Source of the DNA: an uncultured Chthonomonadaceae bacterium
Lineage (GTDB): Bacteria > Armatimonadota > Chthonomonadetes > Chthonomonadales > Chthonomonadaceae
Direction of reading: 5' to 3'
Length of the DNA stretch: 64,000 nt
Assembly (NCBI GenBank): GCA_963817895.1
Contig: CAWFQB010000004.1
Span: 32,001-96,000 of the forward strand
Shown here: piece by piece, positions 1 to 10,264 of the stretch
How positions within the stretch are numbered: position 1 is the stretch's first letter
Layout: each line of letters starts with the position of its first letter
Translations under genes and position numbers: made by a program
Notes under the pieces: generated by a model
What the model saw: the letters and a program-made list of their open reading frames with translations, nothing else
Told to the model about the DNA's origin: nothing
Databases searched by the model: none

Positions 1-559
1 TCCACGACAAAATCACCGAATGCCCAATGAGTGATCTCGGTGACAGCGATACATTCTGCTGGACGAGCGATGGCAGATGCCTTGACACCAGGAGACAGTT
101 CACGCCCGAACACCCCGGAGCCAGTTATAAAACGAGCCGAGAACGGATTTAGCGGCAGCGGATAATCCCGCGGGTTCAGAGACATATTGGCAGCATAGGA
201 GATCGGGTATTTTGGGTCTTGAGAAAGGGTGTGGTTATCCGGGTTGGCAGGGCACGTCATCACCTGTGTGTTGTGCAGGTAAGGGAAATTACCGAACGCC
301 AGGAGTTTTTCTCCATATCTCCAGCGCTTTGGTTGCCAAGCGGCTCGAAGCGATAGTTAGGGTATGTCTCATCGAAATCCTGCAAGTAGAGCATCAGCGC
401 AGCCCCGGTCTGTCGTTGATTGCTCACGCAGGTGGTTTGCCATGCCTTGCGGCGCGCATTGCTGAACACGGGAAACAACAAGGCTGCCAACACCGTAATA
501 ACGGCAATGACGACGAGGAGTTCTATGAGCGTGAAACCAGAGCGGTAATAAATCTTCAT
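1..559 (-). CDS. Prepilin-type N-terminal cleavage/methylation protein (DUF1559-like); apparent frameshift near 284; runs off the window start
   Basis: N-terminus GFTLIELLVVIAVITVLAALLFPVFSNARRKAWQTTCVSN. Adding one C at TCCC/TTAC restores ...ISPYLHNTQVMTCPANP...SYAAN, typical of this family. Confidence 0.85.
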
Positions 560-728
560 CAGCCTGCTTTGTTATCAGAATATGCCTTCAAGGTGGTATT
601 ATTGACGTGTTCCGAATCGGTTGGGTTTCCTTCTGATTACAGAGTTGAATATGGCCCTTATTCTCATCCCGTTCTTAGCCTCAACCACGGAGTAACAGAA
701 GTAACAAACAGCAAGAGGAGCGGCGGGC

Positions 729-974
729 ATGACAACGATAGCAAACCTTGTGCGGGATATGATCCATGAGAGTACCACCAACATACGAGGAGAGGGTGGC
801 TCATTGATCCATAACAACTCGGAGCGTATGGAGGCTCTGTGGATGGAAGTGGACGCTCACCTCAAATTCGCCGATTTGTGTGAAGTGCTGGGTGATTACA
901 ATCAGATGACGCACCACTTGGATACCATCTACAGGCTTTTGGCGAAGATTTCAAACGAACTACCAGATCAATGA
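729..974 (+). CDS. Small hypothetical protein
   Basis: 81-aa ORF with GAGGAG upstream of the ATG; no recognised motif. Confidence 0.4.
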   Translation: MTTIANLVRDMIHESTTNIRGEGGSLIHNNSERMEALWMEVDAHLKFADLCEVLGDYNQMTHHLDTIYRLLAKISNELPDQ

Positions 975-1128
975 ATTGTGTGCTGTTCTCTTGTGTTTGT
1001 AGAAGATGCTCTGGCAAAAATATTTTTGCCAGAGCATCTTCTGTTCTCATTGGTTAGGTCAAAAGAACGGAGCAGGCTACGAGATGCCACGCGCGATGCT
1101 TGTTTTGAAACGTTGCACTCTCATTGGT

Positions 1129-1683
1129 CTACAAGTCTCTCGGTGCTTCATTGGCATCGAAGGCAGGCACATTTGAAGCACCCGCAGGCATTTCGCGCAA
1201 CAAGCCTTCCAAGTCAAGGCGGCGCGTGTAGATTGTAAGGCTTCCATCTGCGTTGCGGGGCCATTGCTCCTTCGGACGATCCCAGTAGAGTTCCACGCCG
1301 TTTTCATCAGGATCGCGCAGGTACAATGCCTCACTCACGCCGTGATCGCTGGCTCCATCCAACGCTATGCCTGCATCTGTAAGGCGGCGCAGGGCATCGG
1401 CAAGAGCAGCGCGCGTGGGATAGAGGATGGCAAGATGGTAGAGGCCGGTTGTGCCGGGAGGCGGTGGCGATCCTCCGTCACTCTCCCAGGTGTTGAGGCC
1501 GATATGGTGATGATAGCCGCCTGCGCTGATGAAGGCGGCCTGTGTTCCATACCGCATCATCAGTTCAAAGCCAAGAACGCCGCAGTAAAAGGCCAGGGCG
1601 CGATCTATATTGGACACTTTGAGATGCACATGCCCGATGCGGACACCTGCATCAATGGGGTTGGAGAGGTTGTCACTTGTCAT
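1129..1683 (-). CDS. VOC family protein (glyoxalase/catechol 2,3-dioxygenase-like)
   Basis: IGHVHLKV, GGYHHHIGLNTW, GLYHLAI and DHGVSEALYLRDPDENGVELYWD motifs. Confidence 0.92.
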   Translation of the reverse strand: MTSDNLSNPIDAGVRIGHVHLKVSNIDRALAFYCGVLGFELMMRYGTQAAFISAGGYHHHIGLNTWESDGGSPPPPGTTGLYHLAILYPTRAALADALRRLTDAGIALDGASDHGVSEALYLRDPDENGVELYWDRPKEQWPRNADGSLTIYTRRLDLEGLLREMPAGASNVPAFDANEAPRDL

Positions 1684-1745
1684 GGTTCCCTTTCGAGGCT
1701 TTTTTACTACAGGGCTTTGTTAAGAGTTTTCAGGGAAAGCGGCAT

Positions 1746-2662
1746 CTATGAACTCGGACGCAACAACTGCTCCGTCTGAACGTCCTGTGTACCTGTTGTC
1801 GCCCGGAGCAAGGTATCCGTTGCAGCAGAGGAAGCATCGGCAGCCCGCAGCAGCGTTTGACTGCTGCGTTGTTCCTCGGTGCGCAGTTGCAACGCTGGCA
1901 AGCACTGATTTGCTGCCTCCTGTATGCGCTTTTCTCCCGCTGACCCTGCTTCACGCTTTGCCAATCGCTCTACCACGGATAGCGCTTTGCTGTCTCCTAC
2001 TTGCTCGAAGGCTTGAAGAATAGCGATCCGTATATCAATGGCGCTGTTCCTGGCAGGTTGAAACAGATAGCGCACATCTTTGAACAGAGGGTTTTCGACG
2101 GGCAGGCTGAGGATGTGGCAGAGTTTGGCGCGTTGTGCGTCATTGAGCAGGGCGGCATCACTGGCTTGCAGGCGCGGTAACACAGAGATGAGCGCATCTT
2201 GGGCGATCTCACGGGTTTTGAGGTCATCGAGTTTCAGAGCATCAATCAATCGAGCCAATGGAACGCACATCGTATTGCTTTGCCACAGTCGCCGTCAAAC
2301 GGCGTCGGCGCTGACGATGCCTGCGAGCCGAGGAAGGCTCCACATGGCGAGCAGAGACAAACCGCAACGAAGCCAACAATAAAGGCAGGGGAGGCAAGAG
2401 CGGTAGCGGCGTATTTATGCAACATAAACACTGCCATCAGGAAGAACAACTCAAAAGCAATGATGGCACGCCACGAATGGCGTTGAAATTGCTTTGCTTC
2501 CTGGCTGAGAACGGCATGAACATCCTCTCCTTGCTCGACGACAGTGGACGCTTCCCCAATGCTTTTCACCGTTTTTTCTGTTGGACTTTGCCGAGGCATA
2601 AGGGCATTCAGTGTCTCGGTGGAGGGGGTAGCTTCTTCGGATTGCAGAAAGCGTTGTTCCAT
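1746..2662 (-). CDS. Membrane protein with HEAT-like repeats and a C-terminal LLRA-repeat tail; frameshift near 2260
   Basis: Two overlapping ORFs (2246..2743 and 1746..2270). Hydrophobic N-part, then a helical repeat (IAILQAFEQVGDSKAL), then the tail TLLRAA...TLLRAT...EQLLRPSS. Confidence 0.65.
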
Positions 2663-2667
2663 ATCTT

Positions 2668-3459
2668 TTATGACCGGGTACAGGGCAGAGTGGGTTCGAT
2701 TAAGGAACGGTGCTGCTGAAATGCCTGCCACTCTGCGCGCCAATGGGTGAGGTGGCCTTCGGTAATCATTTTCTGACAGCCGGTGTCTCCCATCTTTGCT
2801 CGTGTTTCCAGCCAGTCTCCCAGAAAGCGCAACACTTCTTCAACCATATCCAGCAGTTCCAGTGTTGCCTCTATCCCATAAGCCGCACAGAATAAATGCA
2901 GGCGGCGACTGCCTGATCGCACGTCGGCAAGCGCTAACTCCCGCAGATCGCTGTGGAAAGTTAGGGGAACGAACCAGTAAGCCGCGTACGCGACATCACG
3001 CAAACGCGGCCCCGGCCCTGCCATGTCGAAGTCAATAACAGCGTAAGGAGTGCCGTCTGAACACACCAGATTGTAGGGTGCGAAATCGTTGTGGCAGATT
3101 ACTTCATGTCGCGCAGCATCCGGGTAGACGAACTGCCAGCAGGCTTGCGGAGGCGGCACAAAGTCTACTGTGGCGTCATGGTAGACGCGCAGCAGGCGGG
3201 CCGCTGCAACTAACGCATCTTCCCCTTGCCACAGATATGGCATAAATCCAACCTCGCCGGGAAGATACGACAACATCTCGCGTTCTTGATTGTCTACGCC
3301 GAGAAAGCGCGGACACCCAGCAAAGCCTTGTGCTAGTAGATGCAGAAGCAGGCTGTGCGTGGTGGAACTGCATGGGTGCTGTGCCCGCCGCACCGTTTCG
3401 TTGTTCCTCACGACCAGAGGATTGACATTCCCACCTGCAAGCGGCACTTCCTCGTTCAT
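2668..3459 (-). CDS. Aminoglycoside phosphotransferase-like kinase
   Basis: LAGGN start, ICHNDFAPYNLV catalytic loop, IDFD motif. Confidence 0.9.
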   Translation of the reverse strand: MNEEVPLAGGNVNPLVVRNNETVRRAQHPCSSTTHSLLLHLLAQGFAGCPRFLGVDNQEREMLSYLPGEVGFMPYLWQGEDALVAAARLLRVYHDATVDFVPPPQACWQFVYPDAARHEVICHNDFAPYNLVCSDGTPYAVIDFDMAGPGPRLRDVAYAAYWFVPLTFHSDLRELALADVRSGSRRLHLFCAAYGIEATLELLDMVEEVLRFLGDWLETRAKMGDTGCQKMITEGHLTHWRAEWQAFQQHRSLIEPTLPCTRS

Positions 3460-3482
3460 TGCTCCCGCTCCTCACTTCGGCT

Positions 3483-3513
3483 CTGCCGCGTCGAAAAATT
3501 TTCGACGCGGCAG
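3483..3513. terminator. Palindromic hairpin with GAAAA(A)TTTTC apex
   Basis: ctgccgcgtcgaaaa-a-ttttcgacgcggcag, just downstream of the GNAT stop. Confidence 0.6.
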
Positions 3514-3537
3514 CAAAAAACAGTACAGCCCTTCATT

Positions 3538-4125
3538 TTAGGTGCTACACATTGATGAGGCGGGGTTTGTCAACAAGCCGATGGCATCGTCAGGATTGCC
3601 GTTGTCCAGGAAGACAAAGCCCAGCCGCAGCATCAGGTTCCGAGAGCGGAAGTTTGTTGGGGTGATGGCGTTGATGATGCGATCTATGCCCAACTGTGAA
3701 AAACCGTATTCGATCAAGGCTCTGCCTGCTTCCGTGGCATAGCCCTGTCCCCAGTAGTTCTTGCCCAGCGCATACGTGAGTTCCACATCCAGAATGCCGG
3801 GAATATGTCCGACGTTGCACGAGCCGTCCGGCATCAGCAGCCAGTCCATGTCGTCGTTGGCATGGTTCTGGAAGCCCATCAAGCCCAGCAGCGCGCCATC
3901 TGCTTTACGGATGAGGGCCTTGTAGTGAAAACTGTCTCTATCCTCCCCGACGTAGAGTTTGTCGGTTTGAAAGCGTTCTTGGAACTCCTCCCATGTTCCC
4001 TTGTACCCTGACCAATTCGGTCTCACCTCCGGGTCTGCGTAAACGAGGGCATAGATGGCGTCGGCATCTTCCGGCAAAAACGGACGAATGAGCAGGCGTT
4101 CGGTTTCGAGCATGGTTTCCTCCAC
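3538..4125 (-). CDS. GNAT (RimJ/RimL-like) N-acetyltransferase
   Basis: LETERLLIRPF, YWGQGYATEA, and N.RS..L..RLGF motifs. Confidence 0.92.
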   Translation of the reverse strand: MEETMLETERLLIRPFLPEDADAIYALVYADPEVRPNWSGYKGTWEEFQERFQTDKLYVGEDRDSFHYKALIRKADGALLGLMGFQNHANDDMDWLLMPDGSCNVGHIPGILDVELTYALGKNYWGQGYATEAGRALIEYGFSQLGIDRIINAITPTNFRSRNLMLRLGFVFLDNGNPDDAIGLLTNPASSMCST

Positions 4126-4212
4126 AATGCAGCGATTTTTCTTTATCGTGGAGGCATCATATACTGCTTAACAGCCTGACGACAACGCGCCTGCTTGCCC
4201 TCTTTTTGCACA

Positions 4213-4704
4213 TCAGTCCTTGCTGAAAAACTCGTTGACCACTTCCTGATGCAGTGAAAAGCCCATTGTTGCTGTGGGCGGCGCGACAATGCACTCCGTC
4301 ACTTCATCATTGTCCCAGGTGGTATTCGGCAAGGTGTCCGCGGAACGATGCGGTGCGCGTCCGAAGACGAGGAGTGTGCCATCAGGGGCGCTTTTGACGG
4401 TGAGCAGATCAACATTCTCCGGCTGCTCTATAATCCCCGTTTCCTCATACAGTTCTCGAACACACGCTTGTTGCCACGTTTCGCCCAGATTGATAAAGCC
4501 GCCTGGGAGGTTGAGGGTTCCCATCTTCGGCTCGATCTTGCGCCGGATCGCCAGAAAGCCTTTATCTACGGGCATCAACAGAACGGCAACAGGCAAAGGG
4601 TTCAGGTAGGACGTATTACCGCAGGCGGTGCAGGTTCGGGGCCACACTTGATCGGGAACAAACGCCGCGCCGCAAAAGGAACAATGCGAGTTTTTCTTGG
4701 TCAT
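4213..4704 (-). CDS. NUDIX hydrolase with N-terminal Zn ribbon
   Basis: CSFCG...CTACG, and Nudix box GGFINLGETWQQACVRELYEETG. Confidence 0.92.
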   Translation of the reverse strand: MTKKNSHCSFCGAAFVPDQVWPRTCTACGNTSYLNPLPVAVLLMPVDKGFLAIRRKIEPKMGTLNLPGGFINLGETWQQACVRELYEETGIIEQPENVDLLTVKSAPDGTLLVFGRAPHRSADTLPNTTWDNDEVTECIVAPPTATMGFSLHQEVVNEFFSKD

Positions 4705-4798
4705 TGTCGAAAGCCTATCCGTTCGTAAAAACATGGAATGCACTGACGAGGATAATTGCATTAGCCCAGAAAAACATGCGCGCTCAATCAGGTGAAAC

Positions 4799-5707
4799 TC
4801 AACGCGACCAGTCAAGGGAGGCCATCCGAGTAGACAGCAGCAACGAGGGCAGTTCCTCTAAACGGCTTTCCAGCAACGTTCTCTGTGCGGCAAACTCCTC
4901 TAGCATCTGTTGCGGCACAGGACTGTCCATCACTTCCTTGACGGTTTCAGCAGCATATTGGAGCCTGTTCTTAACATATTCAGGCGTTAGCGTCTGTTGT
5001 AGAAAATCAACGTTTTCCGTGCGCCATCCACGCTCATAGATGTGCCCTTCCATTCCCCACAACTCAGGCGGCCCACCGCCCCCATTCGGTGTCCAGGGAG
5101 TAAAGACGGGATTACGGTCGTTTTCATACAGCAAGCAGGAGAGATATTGCAGCACGGAACAGGCTTGTCCCGATGTACTTATCTCCCACCAGGATGTCCA
5201 GAATGTAGATAGGGTTGGAAACACGACACAAAAGGAACTCAGTGTATAAAACCAGGTGTACGGGCTGGCTCCCATCCCGGAGAAGACAAGTTGGTTTTGC
5301 TGATCAATGCAGTCCAGAAGCGATGCTGCCATGAACGATTCGACAGCCGCATACTCGCGTGAGTTGAGATTGTCTTGCAACAGCGGCTTGTTGGCAAGCG
5401 CCGCCCAAAAGTATTCAACAAAACCACCATACTCGGACTGGTTATGGGAAAGCAAGTCTTTTCGCCATACGTCCAGGCAGATCGGCAACAGGTAACGAAA
5501 CAGATCAGGTTGGAGGGGAGATGGCTCGTACAGCAGATCATGGGAGTATTCTATCAAGTCCCTGTTTGTCGGCATCTCGCCTTTCAAGCGGCACAGCCGT
5601 TTGTAGTGACTGGGATCATAATCAAAGGGCTTCTGCCAGATACGACTGGGCGGCTTTTGAGCATGTAAGGCTTGGATCAGTTGTGGCAGAGAAGCGCGCA
5701 CAGGCAT
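4799..5707 (-). CDS. Hypothetical protein
   Basis: 302-aa ORF in a co-directional run. Confidence 0.7.
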   Translation of the reverse strand: MPVRASLPQLIQALHAQKPPSRIWQKPFDYDPSHYKRLCRLKGEMPTNRDLIEYSHDLLYEPSPLQPDLFRYLLPICLDVWRKDLLSHNQSEYGGFVEYFWAALANKPLLQDNLNSREYAAVESFMAASLLDCIDQQNQLVFSGMGASPYTWFYTLSSFCVVFPTLSTFWTSWWEISTSGQACSVLQYLSCLLYENDRNPVFTPWTPNGGGGPPELWGMEGHIYERGWRTENVDFLQQTLTPEYVKNRLQYAAETVKEVMDSPVPQQMLEEFAAQRTLLESRLEELPSLLLSTRMASLDWSR

Positions 5708-5861
5708 TACCTCGGCGAAAAGTGGTCACTCGCGCCCCTCTCCGACTAGAGTGTGCGGACAGCCTGCCATTTTAAGCCTCTTAGCGCATGTTCCATCGCT
5801 ATAAAAATGCTCGGCTTCCGTATGGTTTCGGCTCTCCCGGTTCAGTGTATGGAACACCATT

Positions 5862-6311
5862 TCACCAGTTTCCGTGCTTTTTCACGTAGTTGTCAAACTG
5901 CTGATCCGTTCCGATGAACCATCGTTCCACCACAGGCTTATCCGGTACGACCTCCACAGCGCCACCCCTGACCGACGGAGCAGACGGAGAGGTTTCTACC
6001 GGAGAGGGTTCGTACTCCACGGGCAAGCGTTGTCGGTTCGTTCCTGAGACATAGTAGAAGTCATCGGCGCTATGCCAGCCCTCTGGTAACGGAGTGGAAG
6101 TTTGCGCCCGTCCATCGGCTGCGATGCGGATTAAATATCGCCCTTCTTCCATCGGGAGGGACGCAGCATCCGAAACTTCGTACTCTACTCGTATTGGCCC
6201 CACATATCCTGCTGGTAGCAGATACCGGCTCGGATGGGTATCATTATTCCCACAGCAAGGGAGATAAAGGAACAAAAGCAAGAGGGCAATCGACCGTATT
6301 ATACGCATCAA
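5862..6311 (-). CDS. Putative lipoprotein (DUF6843-like)
   Basis: Signal peptide ending in CCG; YLLPAGYVGPIRVEY motif. Confidence 0.7.
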   Translation of the reverse strand: MMRIIRSIALLLLFLYLPCCGNNDTHPSRYLLPAGYVGPIRVEYEVSDAASLPMEEGRYLIRIAADGRAQTSTPLPEGWHSADDFYYVSGTNRQRLPVEYEPSPVETSPSAPSVRGGAVEVVPDKPVVERWFIGTDQQFDNYVKKHGNW

Positions 6312-6476
6312 AACACCTTACACTTTCGGAAACGAAGGCTTGAAGCCGGTTCTTATCACCTCACTCTAACCAATTCCTTGCTCTGAAAACGATGAGAAAT
6401 GGGAAGAACTCCCTCTTATTGGCATTGTCACTATCTGGACGTGGCTACCACGATAGGCGCACCCAACAAGGGTCAC

Positions 6477-7226
6477 TCACTCCCTGGCTCCCGCACGGCG
6501 CAGAAGGATTACAACGTCAGAATGCTTGTTCTGCATCGCCCATTTGAGCGCCGTCTCTCCTCGTGGACACACCACATTCGGGTTGGCTCCCTTCTTGAGC
6601 AGAAAGGCAACATTGTCCGTTCGCCCGTAGAAGGCGGCAATCATCAATGGAGTTGTGCCATAGCCCAAGCGTGAGTTCAAATTTCCCCCAATGAGGATGG
6701 CATTTTGAATATCGGCAGGCGTGCCGTTTCTGGCAGCCACATACACGGTTCCCTCGACCTGTTCGCGCTGCATCTGGCGATATAGCAAACCAATCCCACA
6801 AAAGAACAAAGCGAACAGTAGAATTGATAATCCCAATCTTGCGTCATTGGGTACTTCCCAGAGATGTTTGTCGTCGCCTGCGCGTGTGGAGTGCGTTCGC
6901 CGCCGCAATAGGAGGAAGGGCAATCCCACCAGAAATGAGATGGGGACAGCACATATAAAGGCTGGAACATACACCTCACCAAGCCATGACAACTCTTTCG
7001 GGGAAATATGCGACCAGACAACATAGACAGAAACACACACGCCTGTGAGATAAGACGCCACAAAACTTGCCGTGACCGAGGCTATTAGGTATTTATGGAG
7101 CAGGCAGTGCGAGAGAATGGACGCAAGCCCTGCTGCTGCCAAAAACACGAGGAAGAAAACGTGGTCTATGTCAATATTTGTTACAGGAGTCATCGTCGCG
7201 TTCCTTTCCCAATGCAAGCCTGCCAT
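6477..7226 (-). CDS. Multi-TM protein with C-terminal ankyrin repeats
   Basis: Four hydrophobic segments; GTTPLMIAA and GETALKWA; ends LLRRAGARE. Confidence 0.85.
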   Translation of the reverse strand: MAGLHWERNATMTPVTNIDIDHVFFLVFLAAAGLASILSHCLLHKYLIASVTASFVASYLTGVCVSVYVVWSHISPKELSWLGEVYVPAFICAVPISFLVGLPFLLLRRRTHSTRAGDDKHLWEVPNDARLGLSILLFALFFCGIGLLYRQMQREQVEGTVYVAARNGTPADIQNAILIGGNLNSRLGYGTTPLMIAAFYGRTDNVAFLLKKGANPNVVCPRGETALKWAMQNKHSDVVILLRRAGARE

Positions 7227-7512
7227 CTACGCAGCGACCTCTGACGCTTGCCGCACGGAACAGCAGACATCAGAAGTGTAGCATCATTTTCGTCTGCCGG
7301 GCGGAGGATTATAGATGTTATCCAAAATGCCTGCTAAAATACCATTCACAATCAAGACGATGCACATAATCACAGGCATGTGGCAAGGTGCTTATCCTTA
7401 TGATGAGCCGCCTGTGCCGCAATGGGATAGAGCATAGCGGCAACGACCCATGTGAGCGCCATAATAATCAAGCCCTCTGGAATGTAGCCGGGGTAGTGCC
7501 GTTTTCTTGGTT

Positions 7513-8172
7513 TCATCCGTGTTTCCACATCCTTCGCTTCATCCCTACATCAGTCCTGTCAGTGCATACATCAGCATCACGACGAATCGGGGCAGCAGAA
7601 CAGACTTCTACATCGTCGGGCAGTTGGAGAAGTTCGCACTTTTCCTCATCGCTCACTTTGCCATCAAGCCATTCGGAGAGGGCAAGCAGGGCTTCGGCGC
7701 GTTCGTGGGCAGAGGGAGGATGAACACGCACTATAAATAAGAATGGCTCCTCTACAAACAACCACAATGAGAATCCACTCGGTGCGATAATATCGCGCCA
7801 GGTCGTTTGAACCTCTTTTTGGCAGTGCGGTGTCCATTGGGTTCCTGTAAACAGGTTATACTTTAGGACGAGTTTGCCCCACTGCCAAAGGTAATCACGC
7901 ATTCCCTCTGCACACGCTATCTTACATTGCGCTTCCTCCCACTGCCAACTCTTACAAGGGGAAGTATAACAAAACACAATTTCATTCTGTTTGGCGAGCC
8001 AGTGATGCGTTGATTCGGCAAACGCATCAGGGAGTACGTGACATGCCCAAGTTGTCACCCGCCGCAGTTCTTCATCCGACCCGCACAAAAACCGCAGCGG
8101 CTCTCCCGGCCCCGGCTTGGTGCGAAACCAGTTCTTAAACCGATACCAGAAGTGAGCCAGACTGTATTTCAT
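7513..8172 (-). CDS. Hypothetical protein
   Basis: 219-aa ORF with GAGGG upstream. Confidence 0.55.
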   Translation of the reverse strand: MKYSLAHFWYRFKNWFRTKPGPGEPLRFLCGSDEELRRVTTWACHVLPDAFAESTHHWLAKQNEIVFCYTSPCKSWQWEEAQCKIACAEGMRDYLWQWGKLVLKYNLFTGTQWTPHCQKEVQTTWRDIIAPSGFSLWLFVEEPFLFIVRVHPPSAHERAEALLALSEWLDGKVSDEEKCELLQLPDDVEVCSAAPIRRDADVCTDRTDVGMKRRMWKHG

Positions 8173-8225
8173 CTTCTGCCCTCGTTTCTTTGCCGTCTCA
8201 TCGCCCGCGCGAACACGACAGGGGC

Positions 8226-8645
8226 TTAATCTTTGATCCCGGCCTGGTGAAGAAAGCGCGCCATCGCCGGGTCTTTAGATTCCTTAGCGAAACGCAGCAT
8301 CGCCTCTCGCTTCAGCATCGCTTCTCGTTTGTCCGGTGAGTTGCTTAGTCTGGCTCCATGCTGCCAGAGAATATTGCATGTTTGTAGATTTCCACTGTTG
8401 ACCGCCATTTCCAGCACGTTAGAACCCGCATCCTCGAAGGTGGGAGGGACGCCCTGTGCTAGAAGCCGCTCCACCTCGGCAGTATGTCCCTTTCCGGCTG
8501 CCTCCCAGAGTTGTTCACCCATTTCATAGGAATGGAAGGCCGTTGTGACAGTATAAACAAACCAGACAACAGGGCAGGCAATACAGGTAAGGACAAGCGA
8601 GCCAATCAAAAGTACACGAAAAGGTTTGGAGAATTTTATTTGCAT
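8226..8645 (-). CDS. Membrane-anchored ankyrin-repeat protein
   Basis: N-terminal TM; LWEAAGKGHTAEVERLLAQG; ends FLHQAGIKD. Confidence 0.8.
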   Translation of the reverse strand: MQIKFSKPFRVLLIGSLVLTCIACPVVWFVYTVTTAFHSYEMGEQLWEAAGKGHTAEVERLLAQGVPPTFEDAGSNVLEMAVNSGNLQTCNILWQHGARLSNSPDKREAMLKREAMLRFAKESKDPAMARFLHQAGIKD

Positions 8646-8663
8646 GGGTCGCCTTTCTCTGCC

Positions 8664-9110
8664 TTACTCCGGCCCATTCACCGCCCGCACTAATTGCTCC
8701 TCATGCCTCTCCTGCCCTTCTGCGGCGGCTCTCAGCAACACAGCCTTTTGTGCCTGCGTCGGTGCCGAAGAAGCGCGAACAAGAGAACCGGGAGCGGGAA
8801 GGTGGGCGGTGTTGGCGCGGGTGAGAGGAACGACATCTTCCACCGTCGCAAATTTTCTGAAACTGGTCTTCATTCCTTTGTAGAAGCAGAAGGTCACTAC
8901 GCTGGACTCAACCGCATATAACGCACGATCTGAATGGAAGGTATAGCGGAGGTCACAGAAAAAATCCAATGCCGAGATGACAACATCTCCTCCGAATTCG
9001 ATGAGCATAAAGCCGCATATTACTGTCAAACAAGCCAGGCTGATGCGTGTAGCCTGTATCCGCAGATACTTCCCCCTGCTTACAATCCGCTTCCCCGTCT
9101 TCGGCTCCAT
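8664..9110 (-). CDS. Constant-ends/variable-core membrane protein, copy 1
   Basis: MEPKTGKRIVSRGKY, hydrophobic core, then PLTRANTAHLPAPGSLVRASSAPTQAQKAVLLRAAAEGQERHEEQLVRAVNGPE. Confidence 0.85.
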   Translation of the reverse strand: MEPKTGKRIVSRGKYLRIQATRISLACLTVICGFMLIEFGGDVVISALDFFCDLRYTFHSDRALYAVESSVVTFCFYKGMKTSFRKFATVEDVVPLTRANTAHLPAPGSLVRASSAPTQAQKAVLLRAAAEGQERHEEQLVRAVNGPE

Positions 9111-9150
9111 CCCTGCGCCTCTTTCTTCTGCTTTATCCATTTTGCCCCGG

Positions 9151-9495
9151 CTAGAAGTCCTCTCCGGGCTTGAGCACCGTCCGCTCTCCCCTCCATATTC
9201 GTCGTTCTTCTCGAACCGTTAATTTGCCTCTGACGTAATACGTGGTTCCCCATGTCCATTCGCGTATCGGCAATATCACAACACATACATCATCCTCACG
9301 AGGAGAAGCCCCTTGAAGCAACAGACGATGCGCGTTTGCATACTTGCCATCCACATCACTCAGAACTGCTTCCACATAGGCACAATCCAAATGCGCCTGT
9401 TTACTTGGTTTCGGCTGTATCTGCATTATCACCAGTGCCAGCAGAATGAAAGCAAGAAGAATAGACAAGGAGAGTCGAAGTCGTTTTTCCAGCAC
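9151..9495 (-). CDS. Small membrane-anchored hypothetical protein
   Basis: GTG start overlaps the TAG of the upstream gene (TAGTG); N-terminal TM. Confidence 0.65.
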   Translation of the reverse strand: MLEKRLRLSLSILLAFILLALVIMQIQPKPSKQAHLDCAYVEAVLSDVDGKYANAHRLLLQGASPREDDVCVVILPIREWTWGTTYYVRGKLTVREERRIWRGERTVLKPGEDF

Positions 9496-10163
9496 TACTT
9501 TTGTCCTCCCACTGCCCGTACCAACTGCTCTGACGAAGTTTCCTGTCCTTGTACGGCGGCGCGGAGTAACACGGTTTGCTGTTCTTGCAACGGCTCGGAA
9601 GACGCGCGTACCAGAGAATCGGGCGCAGGCAGGTCGGCGGTGTTGGCACGGGTGAGGGGGATGCTGTCATGGATTTTTCGGGCGTGTTTGAGACTGACGG
9701 TACTTGCAACGCGACACAGAATTATCCCCAACACCAACGCCGCATAGAAGACAAGGTTCACCGGCACGTACTCCGCTGGCAACCGGTGCCGAGAGGGTTC
9801 TATGGATGCTATAAATTCGTGGGTTTCCTGGGTTACGGAGTCAACATTGATCCGCATGTGCGTAATGGGCTGCGCCAGATAGAAGTCGAAGGCGTTTTTG
9901 ACACAATTGGCGAGGATCAGCAAGACGCCTATCCACACTCCCGCCCTCAACAGGCCGTGTATACCTTTGACAATCACGCCGCGCAGATACTCTCCATACG
10001 GCACGAGGCGCGGTTTGGGTTCTGGTTCGGGTAGCGGTTCGGGTAGCGGCAGAGGCGGATTGTAGTTGTCGCGATCACGGTGGTAGTCCCCGTTGTACAT
10101 GCTCACCGCTTCCAGGCAGGCCGAGAGGTCTATGCGTTTGTCGTCCATCTTCGTCGGTTCCAT
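9495..10163 (-). CDS. Constant-ends/variable-core membrane protein, copy 2 (Pro-rich insertion in the N-block)
   Basis: MEPTK...PLPEPLPEPEPKPRLVPYGEY, two TMs, then PLTRANTADLPAPDSLVRASSEPLQEQQTVLLRAAVQGQETSSEQLVRAVGGQK. Confidence 0.85.
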   Translation of the reverse strand: MEPTKMDDKRIDLSACLEAVSMYNGDYHRDRDNYNPPLPLPEPLPEPEPKPRLVPYGEYLRGVIVKGIHGLLRAGVWIGVLLILANCVKNAFDFYLAQPITHMRINVDSVTQETHEFIASIEPSRHRLPAEYVPVNLVFYAALVLGIILCRVASTVSLKHARKIHDSIPLTRANTADLPAPDSLVRASSEPLQEQQTVLLRAAVQGQETSSEQLVRAVGGQK

Positions 10164-10264
10164 CCCTGCGCCCTCCTTCTTCCTCTGCCCTGTTGCTGTT
10201 TGTCCTCATGTTCGCCATTGCTCACCAGACTCCTGCTGACAACGCGAGGGAACGAGAAATTGAA

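Noticed and set aside
10010..10050. Short tandem repeat (ggttcgggtagc x2)
   Set aside because: It simply encodes a Pro/Glu linker (PLPEPLPEPEP) in copy 2.
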